From: an uncultured Candidatus Saccharibacteria bacterium
Lineage (GTDB): Bacteria > Patescibacteriota > Doudnabacteria > UBA920
Length of the DNA stretch: 64,000 nt
Direction: 5' to 3'
Assembly: GCA_964474825.1 (NCBI GenBank)
Contig: CAYYWQ010000001.1
Span: forward strand, 293,609 to 357,608
Of the stretch, positions 18,467 to 27,990 are shown piece by piece; the first letter of the stretch is position 1; the number at the start of each line of letters is the position of its first letter. The notes under the pieces were generated by a model that saw only the letters and a list, made by a program, of their open reading frames with translations, searched no databases and was not told where the DNA came from. A program made the translations under genes and the position numbers.

Positions 18467-19771
18467 CTAGGGGGCCGATAAAAAGTCCAAAGGGTTATAT
18501 GTGTAGCCAAAAGGTAAACGGTAAGGTCCATAAATTTTTGTATAAGCTCCCGACTGGACGCCAAATCCTTCAGCGTCATAAACCCCAAAGTGGACATGGT
18601 ATCCCCGCTCAGGCCCATAAAGTTTTTTGGTGGTGTTGCCGGTATTACCCTCATACCCAATAATATCTCCTTGTTTAACCGCCTGGCCCTTAGTTACATT
18701 AATGCTTCTCATATGCCCGGAAACAGTAATTATTTGGCTTGACCCTTTCTTTGTGGAAATATTATGTTTAATTGCAACCCAATTACCGTAAGAAACGTCG
18801 CTTTTGTCGGTGTCCAGAATGGTGCCGTCTGCTGCTGCGTAAACCGGAGTGCCGGCAGGGCCCGCTACATCTATACCGTTATGAGAGCTATAGCCCAGGG
18901 CCGTAAAGCCGGTGTTGCCGTATCCTTGGGTCAGTACGCCGTCTACCGGCCAGGCCAGGACGCCTTTAGCCGCCGGTATGCTCCGGTTTCCGAGCTTAGC
19001 GCGGATTTGCGCGTCTAAATTGTCTACTTCTTTTTGCAGATCTATAGCACTTTGTTTGTTGGCTGCCAAAAGTGCTTGATAATTTTTTTCTAATCCCCTC
19101 GTTTGGTTAAGTAATTTTTGCTTTTGGTCGCGCTGCTGGCTTAATGAGTCCTGGGTAATTTGTAATTGTTTTTGGAGTTCCTGCAAAGTTTTAACCTGAG
19201 CCTTTAGGCTGTCTTGCGCGCTTTGCAATTGTTCCTTAATATCCTTAATTTTTTGGACCAGTTGGTAAATTTTACTTTGGTAATCTTTGGTATACTCAAT
19301 TTGGTCCAAAAAATCCGACAAATTTTCACTGCCAATGGTGGTCTTTAAACTGTATTCACCGTCGTATTCATTTAGCTGGACCAAAAGTTCTGAAAGAATT
19401 CGGCGGTTTTGAACAAGGTCATTATTTTTTTGTTCAATCGCCACCTGTAACTGGTCAATTTGGAAGTTTGTGTCTTCAATTTGGGTTTGTTTGGCCTGAA
19501 TTTCCAGTTCCGTGGAAGCAACCTGCTTGTCTAGGATTAAAACCGCGTTTCGCAAAGTATCCGCGGATTTTTGCGTGGCCGCAATTTGCTGTTGGTATTG
19601 TTTAATTTGTTGGTTTAACTGCGCCAGCTTGGCTTGGTTGGCTGCTTTTTTGGCATTTAAGTCGTCAACTGTCTGCGCGCTTATGAATGTAGCACTAAAA
19701 AGCAGCGTTGCAACCAAAACTAGGATAACGCCATTTTTTCTTTTAATATTTGTTTCTTTTCCATAACCCAT
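18467..19771 (-). CDS. coiled-coil M23 peptidase (peptidoglycan hydrolase)
   Basis: Signal peptide, long Gln-rich coiled coil, WPVDG.LTQGYG, HNGID, YGN, HVH; start moved to 19771 (TATAAT 7 nt upstream). Confidence 0.88.
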   Translation of the reverse strand: MGYGKETNIKRKNGVILVLVATLLFSATFISAQTVDDLNAKKAANQAKLAQLNQQIKQYQQQIAATQKSADTLRNAVLILDKQVASTELEIQAKQTQIEDTNFQIDQLQVAIEQKNNDLVQNRRILSELLVQLNEYDGEYSLKTTIGSENLSDFLDQIEYTKDYQSKIYQLVQKIKDIKEQLQSAQDSLKAQVKTLQELQKQLQITQDSLSQQRDQKQKLLNQTRGLEKNYQALLAANKQSAIDLQKEVDNLDAQIRAKLGNRSIPAAKGVLAWPVDGVLTQGYGNTGFTALGYSSHNGIDVAGPAGTPVYAAADGTILDTDKSDVSYGNWVAIKHNISTKKGSSQIITVSGHMRSINVTKGQAVKQGDIIGYEGNTGNTTKKLYGPERGYHVHFGVYDAEGFGVQSGAYTKIYGPYRLPFGYTYNPLDFLSAP

Positions 19772-19820
19772 TAACCAAATTATACTATAAAAATTGGGTT
19801 TTGGCAATTTTTTGCTTAAT

Positions 19821-21338
19821 TTAGACCAACTTGTCTGTTGCAATTTTAATCCTATCCAAAATTTCCTGTTTGCCCAGTCCCAGAGCAAGAGTGGCGGTTA
19901 CCTCAAAAGGCCCGGGGCTTTTGTCTAGCCCGGTTAAAGAGCTGCGGAGCGGCCAAAGTACAGAGCCGTTGTCGTAATTTCTTTCCGCAATGAGATTTTT
20001 AACCGAAACTTCAATTTTTTCTTTAGTAAAATCAGATGGGTCTAATTTGGCGAATAAGTCAGATAGGTCCAATAAAGCCTGTTTAGTTTTTTCTTTGTCG
20101 GACTTTTTCCAAATTAAAAGTTCTGGGGAGTAGTTGGGCAGTTCAAAAAAATATTTTGTCCTCTCCCCTATTTCTGAAAGTTTTTTCAAACGCTCTTTTT
20201 CAAGTTCAGCTATGGCCTGTAAATAATTTGTTGAATATTTTTTTACATCTAACCCCGACTTCTCCCAATGTGGAATTAATTTTTCCACCAACTCCCCTAT
20301 TGGCAACTGGCGGATGTAATGGCTGTTTATCCAGTCTAATTTGGTGGGGTCAAAAACAGCGCCCGACTTATTTATTTTAGCAAGGTCAAACTGTTTAATT
20401 AATTCATCCAGGGAAAAAAATTCATCTTCTGTTTTTGGGTTCCAGCCTAAAAGAGCCACAAAATTAATTAAAGCTTCTTTTAGGTATCCTTTTGAAATAA
20501 AGTCCTCTACCGCAACATCACCCTGGCGTTTGCTGAGTTTAGATTTGTCAGTATTTAAAATTAGGGGCAAGTGGGCAAATTTTGTCGGTTCCCAGCCTAA
20601 CGCCTCATAAATAAGCAAATGTTTAGGTGTGGAAGGTATCCATTCCTCTCCTCTAATAACGTGGGTAATCTCCATGTAGTGGTCGTCCACAACAACGGCT
20701 AAGTGGTAGGTGGGGAAACTGTCCGATTTTAAAATGACCTGGTCGTCTAGGTTTTTGTTTTCATAGGTTATGTCGCCATAGACAATGTCGTGAATTGTAG
20801 TTTGGCCGTCTGTAGGAATTGCAAAACGGACTACCGGATTTTTCCCGGCTGTCTTAAATTCTTCAAGTTGTTTTTTTATTTCATCTTCCGCTAAATTCCT
20901 GCAATGCCGGTCGTACATTGTGGGTTTTTTTAAAGCCGTTTGTTCCTTGCGAAGTTCGTCCAGTCTTTGTTCGCTGCAAAAACAGTAATACGCCTTGCGT
21001 TTGGCAATAAGTTCCTCAGCATGTTTTTGATACATGGCGAGACGTTTGGATTGCAGATACGGGCCAAATTCTCCCCTCTCCCCTATTTCCGTGCCGGATT
21101 TAAAATAAAAACCTTCGTCGAATTCAATTCCTAAATTTTGCATTACACCCAACAAATTTTCCAGCGCGCCTTCCACGATCCTGTTTTGGTCAGTGTCCTC
21201 AATTCTTAAAACATGCACGCCGCCATTATGTCGCGCGAATAAAAAAGAAAACAGCGCGGTGCGCAAGCTGCCAATATGAACAAACCCCGTGGGGCTGGGA
21301 GCGAATCTTGTACGGATTGTGTTGGGTTCTGTTGCCAT
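19821..21338 (-). CDS. gltX: glutamate--tRNA ligase
   Basis: RFAPSPTGFVHIG, LRIEDTD, VIRGEEW, KLSKR. Confidence 0.97.
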   Translation of the reverse strand: MATEPNTIRTRFAPSPTGFVHIGSLRTALFSFLFARHNGGVHVLRIEDTDQNRIVEGALENLLGVMQNLGIEFDEGFYFKSGTEIGERGEFGPYLQSKRLAMYQKHAEELIAKRKAYYCFCSEQRLDELRKEQTALKKPTMYDRHCRNLAEDEIKKQLEEFKTAGKNPVVRFAIPTDGQTTIHDIVYGDITYENKNLDDQVILKSDSFPTYHLAVVVDDHYMEITHVIRGEEWIPSTPKHLLIYEALGWEPTKFAHLPLILNTDKSKLSKRQGDVAVEDFISKGYLKEALINFVALLGWNPKTEDEFFSLDELIKQFDLAKINKSGAVFDPTKLDWINSHYIRQLPIGELVEKLIPHWEKSGLDVKKYSTNYLQAIAELEKERLKKLSEIGERTKYFFELPNYSPELLIWKKSDKEKTKQALLDLSDLFAKLDPSDFTKEKIEVSVKNLIAERNYDNGSVLWPLRSSLTGLDKSPGPFEVTATLALGLGKQEILDRIKIATDKLV

Positions 21339-21346
21339 AAACGCCT

Positions 21347-22675
21347 CTAGATTATAGCTTTTTCCCGCATTTCTTTCAAATCGTTCATGACAATTTTTGT
21401 TAGGTTAAATCTTTCAGAAGCAATTGTTTTTTCCAGCATATTAATTTCCTCCCAGTTATGATTTATAAATTCACTTCGATCGATTTTAACTTCACTGTTG
21501 TCCCCCAGGAATCGAAAATAAACAATATGTTGGAATTGCCCGGAGTAATGATATTTTTTATGGAAAATTCTTTCCCATGTTAGTGGGAAACGGTAAGAAT
21601 TGGTAAATGAGGAGATCATTATTAATTCGAGATTTTTTAAACCTGTTTCTTCCAAAATTTCTCTTTTAGCGCCGCTCGCTATATCGATATCTTTACCAAT
21701 CCCCCCCTGAGGTAATTGCCAGTAATTTTGGAATTTTTGTTTGTCTTCGCCCACCGCGTCACCCTTTTGAGGTTTTGGATTGCGACGCCCCACTAGAACT
21801 TTGTTTTGTTTATTTAAGACGACTGAAACAGCATTTTTTCGTAAAGGCATAATGCTGTAAATTTTTTCTAAAATCAACAAATTGGCCAACCCGAAGGTGG
21901 CATTGTAAATTCTTTTTATTCTGTGGGGCTGGGTAAACAGGCGCCACAGCCATTCCAGGCCAATAGCGCGGATAATGTGAGGAGGTGGGGTTTGTTTGCC
22001 TGCCAAATAGTCAAATGTGCCTCCCAGCCCTATTGCCAGTTTAACTGATAAATTTGGCAAATTTTCAACAATCCATTTTTCTTGTTTAATTGGCCCAAAT
22101 GCTACCAGTAAAATATCGGGAGCTACCTTTTTTATGTCATCTATTATAGTTGAATCGGCCGGGTTCTTATTTGACCATCCAACCACTTTGAGCTGATTAG
22201 CCGATTCGCTGATTAGCCGATTCGCCGCCAGCTCAGGCGTATCGCCAAACCCGCCAAGAAGATAGATTGATAGATTATTATCTTCCGCCAATTTAGCCAA
22301 GTCCCAAACTAAATCCGCGCCAGAAATTTTTTCCTGGAGCGCGCTCAAAATCCATTTGCGGTTAAAAATACACGCCGCCAAAGTCCATTTGGCCTGCCAG
22401 TAAGCTTGTATAATTTTTCCCCAATAACTTGTGGCTGTTAGCGGGATTTCTAAAAATCTTTTTGCCCAAAAAATCCCAATGCCGTCAGGAATGGCAAAAT
22501 CCGCCCGGTTTAAAATATCCAGAAGGCCATTGTCTTTTAACGCGGCGTACAAAAATTCCGAATACGGCGTGGTAACAAAAGTTTTTTGTCCTGCTGAAAT
22601 CTTTTGCCTCAATTGCTCTAGAAGTTCGCCTTTGGTTATGCTGTCAATTTTAAGTCCGGCAATATCTGTCTTCAT
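21347..22675 (-). CDS. WecB/TagA/CpsF glycosyltransferase fused to RppH-like Nudix hydrolase
   Basis: VTTP.SE, IPDGIG, ISGADL, AFGPIKQEKW, GLGGTFD, LEWLWRL; then WQLPQGG...REILEETGL, GQFQ. Confidence 0.85.
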   Translation of the reverse strand: MKTDIAGLKIDSITKGELLEQLRQKISAGQKTFVTTPYSEFLYAALKDNGLLDILNRADFAIPDGIGIFWAKRFLEIPLTATSYWGKIIQAYWQAKWTLAACIFNRKWILSALQEKISGADLVWDLAKLAEDNNLSIYLLGGFGDTPELAANRLISESANQLKVVGWSNKNPADSTIIDDIKKVAPDILLVAFGPIKQEKWIVENLPNLSVKLAIGLGGTFDYLAGKQTPPPHIIRAIGLEWLWRLFTQPHRIKRIYNATFGLANLLILEKIYSIMPLRKNAVSVVLNKQNKVLVGRRNPKPQKGDAVGEDKQKFQNYWQLPQGGIGKDIDIASGAKREILEETGLKNLELIMISSFTNSYRFPLTWERIFHKKYHYSGQFQHIVYFRFLGDNSEVKIDRSEFINHNWEEINMLEKTIASERFNLTKIVMNDLKEMREKAII

Positions 22676-22744
22676 AGTCTTAATTATAACCGATTTTGAG
22701 CCTTTTTTATAGCCTAGATCCAAAAAATCCTGTATAATAGGTCT

Positions 22745-23023
22745 ATGGAATCCATAGGAAAAATAGCTAATTTTAAGCCGCGTAAGCCCAAAGCAGACAG
22801 CCATCTTCACTCCCCTGCCCATTTGTTGGCCGACGAAATGTGCCAGAAGTTCAACGACAAAAAACATTTTGGTTTTTATTTAAAAATGGCCACCTTGTAT
22901 GACCACAATTTTTTAAGGGGTTTAATGGGGCAAATACTGGAGAGTAAAACCGTGGAGACACCCGGAAAATTGTTTGCTTATTTAATAAAAAAGAAGAACC
23001 AAGAATTAAAGCCTAAAAGTTAA
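22745..23023 (+). CDS. hypothetical protein
   Basis: 92-aa ORF at the head of the def operon; TATAAT 6 nt before ATG. Confidence 0.7.
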   Translation: MESIGKIANFKPRKPKADSHLHSPAHLLADEMCQKFNDKKHFGFYLKMATLYDHNFLRGLMGQILESKTVETPGKLFAYLIKKKNQELKPKS

Positions 23024-23026
23024 AGA

Positions 23027-23527
23027 GTGATATTACCAGTTTTAACATATCCCAATGAAATTTTACGCAAACCGACAGAGCCGGTAACTTTTCCATTGAA
23101 CAAAGATATTGTAAAGCTAACTCGGGACATGCTAGACACGGTTAAGCAGGCCGACGGCATTGGCTTAGCCGCGCCGCAGGTTGGCAGGAGCGTTAAATTA
23201 ATCGTAATCAATTTAGAAAAAAATGGCGTTCCCCCGTTTCCGCTTTATAATCCCCGCATTGTTTCTAAAGCGGGAGGCAAGGTTTACTTAGAAGAAGGAT
23301 GTCTTTCTATTCCCGGAGTTTATGGCATGGTAAAGCGTCCCAGAAAAGTAAAAATTAAAGCGCAAAACAGCAAAGGGCAGGATATAGAAATTGTAGACGA
23401 GGGGTGGGTTTCCCGCGTCGCCCAGCATGAAATAGACCACATTAACGGCGTCCTCATTATAGACTTGATCAAAAAATATACTATGGGGGAAGACAAGGTA
23501 AAAGAATGGAGGAGGCTTAAAATCTGA
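23027..23527 (+). CDS. def: peptide deformylase
   Basis: GIGLAAPQVG, EGCLSIP, QHEIDH. Confidence 0.96.
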   Translation: MILPVLTYPNEILRKPTEPVTFPLNKDIVKLTRDMLDTVKQADGIGLAAPQVGRSVKLIVINLEKNGVPPFPLYNPRIVSKAGGKVYLEEGCLSIPGVYGMVKRPRKVKIKAQNSKGQDIEIVDEGWVSRVAQHEIDHINGVLIIDLIKKYTMGEDKVKEWRRLKI

Positions 23528-23556
23528 TCGCTGATCAGCTTATAAGCTTATCAGCT

Positions 23557-24093
23557 ATGAAGTTTATTAAAGATTTATTATTTTTTGAAATTAGTACCAC
23601 CGGAAACAATCCGGACACAGACAGTGTTATCCAACTCTCCGCTATTTTATTGGACAAAGATAATTTACTGGAAAAGGCCAATTTTAATTCCTATATACGC
23701 GTGAGTTACTTGGACAGCATATTAACCGAGCATTGTAAATTACTCCACGCGGATTACGACATTTTAAGGCGGAGCCCAAAAGTTTACGACTGTATTAAGC
23801 AATTTCATAACAAGTTTGGTACTAATTTATTACTGGCCAGTAATAATTTAAATAAACTCCTATTTTTAAAAGGAGCTTTCCGTAAGGCTGTGGTTCCGTT
23901 CGACTATGACCCTCATATTGTGGAGTTGTGGACTTTGGGATACATTTATACCTTGAATTACGGCCTTAAAAAAATGCCGACTTTTACCACCTTTTTGGAT
24001 TATTTTAAATTAAAGCAAAAGCACCCCTGGGATTCTATGGAAAAAGTAAGATTAGAGGCTGAGGTATTTAGGAAGATAATTAAAGAAGTATAA
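23557..24093 (+). CDS. degenerate DEDDh exonuclease-like protein
   Basis: Paralog of the next gene; FEISTTG instead of DLEMTG, and no HDALED. Confidence 0.75.
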   Translation: MKFIKDLLFFEISTTGNNPDTDSVIQLSAILLDKDNLLEKANFNSYIRVSYLDSILTEHCKLLHADYDILRRSPKVYDCIKQFHNKFGTNLLLASNNLNKLLFLKGAFRKAVVPFDYDPHIVELWTLGYIYTLNYGLKKMPTFTTFLDYFKLKQKHPWDSMEKVRLEAEVFRKIIKEV

Positions 24094-24169
24094 AAAAGTG
24101 ATTAGTGAATAGTGCTTAGTGATTAGAATTTTTACTACCCACTGACCACTGATCACCGTCCACTAACAT

Positions 24170-24730
24170 ATGAATTTCAACAAAGACATTTTACTTATAG
24201 ACCTGGAGATGACTGGGCTGGATTCCAGCAAGCATGAAATTATTCAACTTGCGGCTGTTTTGCTGGACAAAAAAACCTTGAAAGAAAAAGAGATCTTTAA
24301 TACTTTTATCCGCCCAAGCAAATGGGCTAACCGGGATCCCGAGTCCATGAAGGTTAATAAAATTGTTTTGGATAGCGTTAAAGATGCTCCCAGTTTAAAA
24401 AAAGTCATTGGGGATTTTGACCAATTGTTTGGACATAACGTAGTATTGGCTTATTATGGCGGCCCGGCAGACATGGATTTTTTACGTGCCGCTTACAAAA
24501 AAACCGGAAAAAAGTTTTTGTTTGACTATCACTACTTTAATTTGTGGGGATTATTTTTTAGCTATTTGGCCGCAAAAAATAAATTAAAAAATTCCAAAAA
24601 ATTCGCGGGGTTTAGCTTAGACGATTTTATGAAAGAGTTTAAGTTGAAATCCCTGCAGCGCCACGACGCTTTGGAAGACTGTCGCATAGAGGCTGAAGTT
24701 TTAAGAAGAATTATAAAGAATATTAAATAA
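24170..24730 (+). CDS. DEDDh 3'-5' exonuclease (DnaQ/RNase T-like)
   Basis: IDLEMTGLD, EIIQLA, DMDFL, HDALED. Confidence 0.88.
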   Translation: MNFNKDILLIDLEMTGLDSSKHEIIQLAAVLLDKKTLKEKEIFNTFIRPSKWANRDPESMKVNKIVLDSVKDAPSLKKVIGDFDQLFGHNVVLAYYGGPADMDFLRAAYKKTGKKFLFDYHYFNLWGLFFSYLAAKNKLKNSKKFAGFSLDDFMKEFKLKSLQRHDALEDCRIEAEVLRRIIKNIK

Positions 24731-25650
24731 TGAAAATTATTTTTTTTGGCACGGCCAATGTCGCACTCCCTATATTAGAAGCATTGCGTAAAGAACACGA
24801 GGTTTTGGCTGTGGTTACGGTGCCCGATGCTAAGTCTGGCCGCAGCCAGGAATTTGCAGAAAGCCCTGTTTCTGCTTTGGCAACGGACTTAAAATTACCA
24901 GTTCTTAAACCGGAAAGTCCTAAAACTGACGCGGCGTTTTTAAACCAGCTTAAAGAATACAGCGCAGATATTTTTGTAGTTGTAGCTTACGGCAAGATTT
25001 TGCCTACAGAAATTATTAACCTACCAAAGCATAAATCTATAAATGTCCATTTTGCTCCCCTACCCAAATATCGCGGTGCATCCCCTATTCAAACGGCTTT
25101 GCTCAATGGCGACGAATACAGCGGCACATCTATTTTTATTTTGGACGAACAAGTTGACCATGGGCCCCTGCTTGCCCAGCAGATTGTAAAAATTGACCCT
25201 AGCGACAACTTTTTTACTCTGTCCGACAAATTAGCAAGAGTTTCCGCGGAGCTAATTAATAGCGTAATTGCGGATTATGTTTCCGGTAAAATTACGCCCC
25301 TGCCCCAAGACGAGCAACAGGCTTCTTTTACAAAGATCATTACTAAGGAAAACGGCAAAATTAACTGGCAAAACCCCGCAGGCGAAATTTATAATCAGTT
25401 TAGGGCTTTTTTCCCTTGGCCTGGAATTTGGACAACATGGAATGGCAAGAAAATAAAAATTACAGACTGCGCCCCTGTTGATCTGGAATTGCAAAAAGCA
25501 GTAGGAATAATTTCTGAGGGAGGCGTTGTGGCTTGTGGTAATAATAGTTTTTTGCAAATAAAATCGCTCAAGCCCGAAGGGAAGAGCGAAATGCTAATAA
25601 AAGATTTTTTAAACGGGAATCAGCAGTTTATTGGAAGCAAGTTAGAGTAG
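24730..25650 (+). CDS. fmt: methionyl-tRNA formyltransferase
   Basis: IFFGT, VVAYGKIL, NVH..LPKYRGASPIQ, DHGP, PWPG. Confidence 0.95.
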   Translation: MKIIFFGTANVALPILEALRKEHEVLAVVTVPDAKSGRSQEFAESPVSALATDLKLPVLKPESPKTDAAFLNQLKEYSADIFVVVAYGKILPTEIINLPKHKSINVHFAPLPKYRGASPIQTALLNGDEYSGTSIFILDEQVDHGPLLAQQIVKIDPSDNFFTLSDKLARVSAELINSVIADYVSGKITPLPQDEQQASFTKIITKENGKINWQNPAGEIYNQFRAFFPWPGIWTTWNGKKIKITDCAPVDLELQKAVGIISEGGVVACGNNSFLQIKSLKPEGKSEMLIKDFLNGNQQFIGSKLE

Positions 25651-25729
25651 TAATAGAAAAATTTAAAAATAAAAAAATAGAAAGATTAACGCAATCTTTC
25701 TATTTTTAAATATTAAATCTTTAAATTTG

Positions 25730-26590
25730 CTATTTAAGGTATTTTTGTTTGTTAGCCAAATGCTGTTCGTAGGTTTCGGCGTAATAGGCCTTGCCAGTTG
25801 TTTGGTCGTGTAAAAAGTACATGTAATTTGTGTCCTGGGGGTAAAGCGCGGCCATTATGGAAGAAAGAGAGGGGTTGCAGATTGGTCCCGGCGGCAAGTC
25901 TTTATATAAATAGGTATTATACGGGGAGTCAATTTTAGTGTCCTGCGTTGTAGCCGACGGGTCACTTTTTTTTGTAATATAGTTTATTGTTGCATCGCTT
26001 TCCAGTGCCATGCCAATACTCAAGCGGTTTGTAAAAATGCCGGCAATTATTTTCCGTTCCGCATCTAAACCCTGTTTTTGCTGTTCGGTAATGGCGCTGC
26101 GGCCGGTCTCCTTTTCTATTATTGAGGCCAGGGTAATAATTTCATAAACTGTCATACCCCGTTTTTTTGCTTGAGATTCCATGACAGGGGTAAATTTTTG
26201 GCTAAAATTAGTTAAGGCTTTGTTAATAACGCTGCCGCTGGTTGAAGTGCTATTTATGGAAGTGGGTTTATAAATCCGGTAAGTGTCGGGGAATAAAAAT
26301 CCCTGCAAATCTGCCTTTGTGGGTTTGGATTTTAAAATAGGATATTCCGAGGCGTTAAAAGTTTTCTCGGCATTTAAAAAATCACCGGCCTTTGCCAGTT
26401 GGCTGTCGTTTAGGTATTTGGCAATATCCTCCACAGTCCAGCCTTCTATTAAGGTTATGTTAACTTCAGGGGCTTTGGCCTCCTGGTGTTTTTGCTCTGC
26501 TTGCCTGCGTTCTTTATATAAAAAATATCCGCCTCCGGCGGCTATTATTACAATAATAAAAGTTATAAAACCAAAAAGTTTTTTTATCAT
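25730..26590 (-). CDS. mltG: endolytic transglycosylase MltG
   Basis: IEGW, GFLFPDTY, LASIIEKE, NRL..GMALESDAT, SPYNTY...LPPGPICNP. Confidence 0.92.
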   Translation of the reverse strand: MIKKLFGFITFIIVIIAAGGGYFLYKERRQAEQKHQEAKAPEVNITLIEGWTVEDIAKYLNDSQLAKAGDFLNAEKTFNASEYPILKSKPTKADLQGFLFPDTYRIYKPTSINSTSTSGSVINKALTNFSQKFTPVMESQAKKRGMTVYEIITLASIIEKETGRSAITEQQKQGLDAERKIIAGIFTNRLSIGMALESDATINYITKKSDPSATTQDTKIDSPYNTYLYKDLPPGPICNPSLSSIMAALYPQDTNYMYFLHDQTTGKAYYAETYEQHLANKQKYLK

Positions 26591-26599
26591 TAAAATGCC

Positions 26600-27040
26600 T
26601 TATTCCCCTATAATTTTAATTTTAACCTCACGCGGCCTGCCGCCGTCAGTTTCCACAAAAAACAGGCTTTGTTTAGCGCCCAGGGTAATTTGGCCTTTTT
26701 CCAAAATTAGGGTTTCGGAAGAGCCGAGCAGAAAAGCCTTAACGTGCGCATGTCCGTTGCTGCGTTCATTGGGCGCCACATTCTGCCTGACTTCAAATAA
26801 GTCATGGCTGTAGCTGATATCAAGGGGAACCAGACGGTAAAGGGTTTTCATAAGGTCCTGCATAAGCAGGGGTTCGTTATGGTTTAACCTTATAGCGGCT
26901 GTTGTATGAGGGCAAAAGACCACGACTATACCCTCCTTAATTCCGGAATTTATGGCCGCTGTTTGTATTTGGGACGTAATATCTACAATTTCAAATTGTT
27001 TTTTTGTTTCCAAGTTAATGGTTTGTGAATGGGTTTTCAT
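26600..27040 (-). CDS. YjbQ family protein
   Basis: DIT, PHTTAA, NGHAHVK, E.DG.RPR. Confidence 0.88.
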   Translation of the reverse strand: MKTHSQTINLETKKQFEIVDITSQIQTAAINSGIKEGIVVVFCPHTTAAIRLNHNEPLLMQDLMKTLYRLVPLDISYSHDLFEVRQNVAPNERSNGHAHVKAFLLGSSETLILEKGQITLGAKQSLFFVETDGGRPREVKIKIIGE

Positions 27041-27041
27041 A

Positions 27042-27323
27042 TTAGTTGGTTTGGTTTTGGTCTTTGTCTTTAATTTTTTGCAAAATTTTATTAAGCCGCA
27101 TAGTTATGATAACAGCAACTATGGTTACAATAATGGCATAAATAAAGCGTGATATTAACCCGCCATTAGCCTTTACGTATTGTGTAATTAATTCCTTTAT
27201 TGCGTCATTCCAAGCCAGGGCTGCAACTAAAATAAAAGCCGAGCTCACTAAGCTAACGCTTTGGGAAATGATTTCTTTGTTGGTTTCTTTTACGTGTTCT
27301 TTGGTTTTGTTCAAGATCTCCAT
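27042..27323 (-). CDS. small two-TM protein (DUF5654-like)
   Basis: SAF.LVAALAWNDAI...YAIIVT. Confidence 0.75.
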   Translation of the reverse strand: MEILNKTKEHVKETNKEIISQSVSLVSSAFILVAALAWNDAIKELITQYVKANGGLISRFIYAIIVTIVAVIITMRLNKILQKIKDKDQNQTN

Positions 27324-27362
27324 ATATATTGTATTATATCATATTTATGAATATGCGGCCAA

Positions 27363-27393
27363 ATAAAAACCTCCCCGATCGTGGGGAGGTTTT
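27363..27393 (-). terminator. intrinsic terminator of hup
   Basis: AAAAACCTCCCC-GATCGT-GGGGAGGTTTTT. Confidence 0.8.
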
Positions 27394-27406
27394 ATAAACT
27401 GTGGAA

Positions 27407-27679
27407 TTAGAGGATGCTGTCTTTGGCAGCTTTGGCTACGCGGAATTTTACAACAGTTTTGGCGGCAATCTGGATGCTTTCGCCGGTTGCTGGGTTTCGG
27501 CCCATTCTAGCAGCGCGGTGCTTCTTTTGCAGTTTGCCCAAGCCTGGGATAGTGAATTCGCCGCTCTTTTTGGTTTCGGCGTAGGCAATGGCTACTAACG
27601 CGTCTAACATTTCACCGGCTTGTTTGCGGGTAACGCTTAGCTTGTCTGCTAAGGCCTGCAATGTCTCTGACTTTGTCAT
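27407..27679 (-). CDS. hup: DNA-binding protein HU
   Basis: MTKSE, IPGLGKL, RAARMGRNPATGE, VKFR. Confidence 0.94.
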   Translation of the reverse strand: MTKSETLQALADKLSVTRKQAGEMLDALVAIAYAETKKSGEFTIPGLGKLQKKHRAARMGRNPATGESIQIAAKTVVKFRVAKAAKDSIL

Positions 27680-27990
27680 AGAATTTTGTGTCCTTTTTCT
27701 TTTCCCTCCCCTCCGTAGGGAGGGTTTTTGTTTGGGTAAAAGATTTTAATAATTCCTTAACTAGAATAAGTTTAGCAAAAACCCCAATAAAATCAAGGTT
27801 TTTTAAAAGATGTCAAGGGTTTTAGGCTAATTCTAAAGGATATTTTTTATTTTTTGTTTAAACTTGGCTTGTTTAAGAGGGTTTTGATTTTTGAATATCC
27901 ACAAGGAAGACAATTTAAAAATAGAAAAATAAAAATATTTAAAGATTGCCGAGAATCATTCTATTTTTAAATCTTTGAATCTTTAAATTG

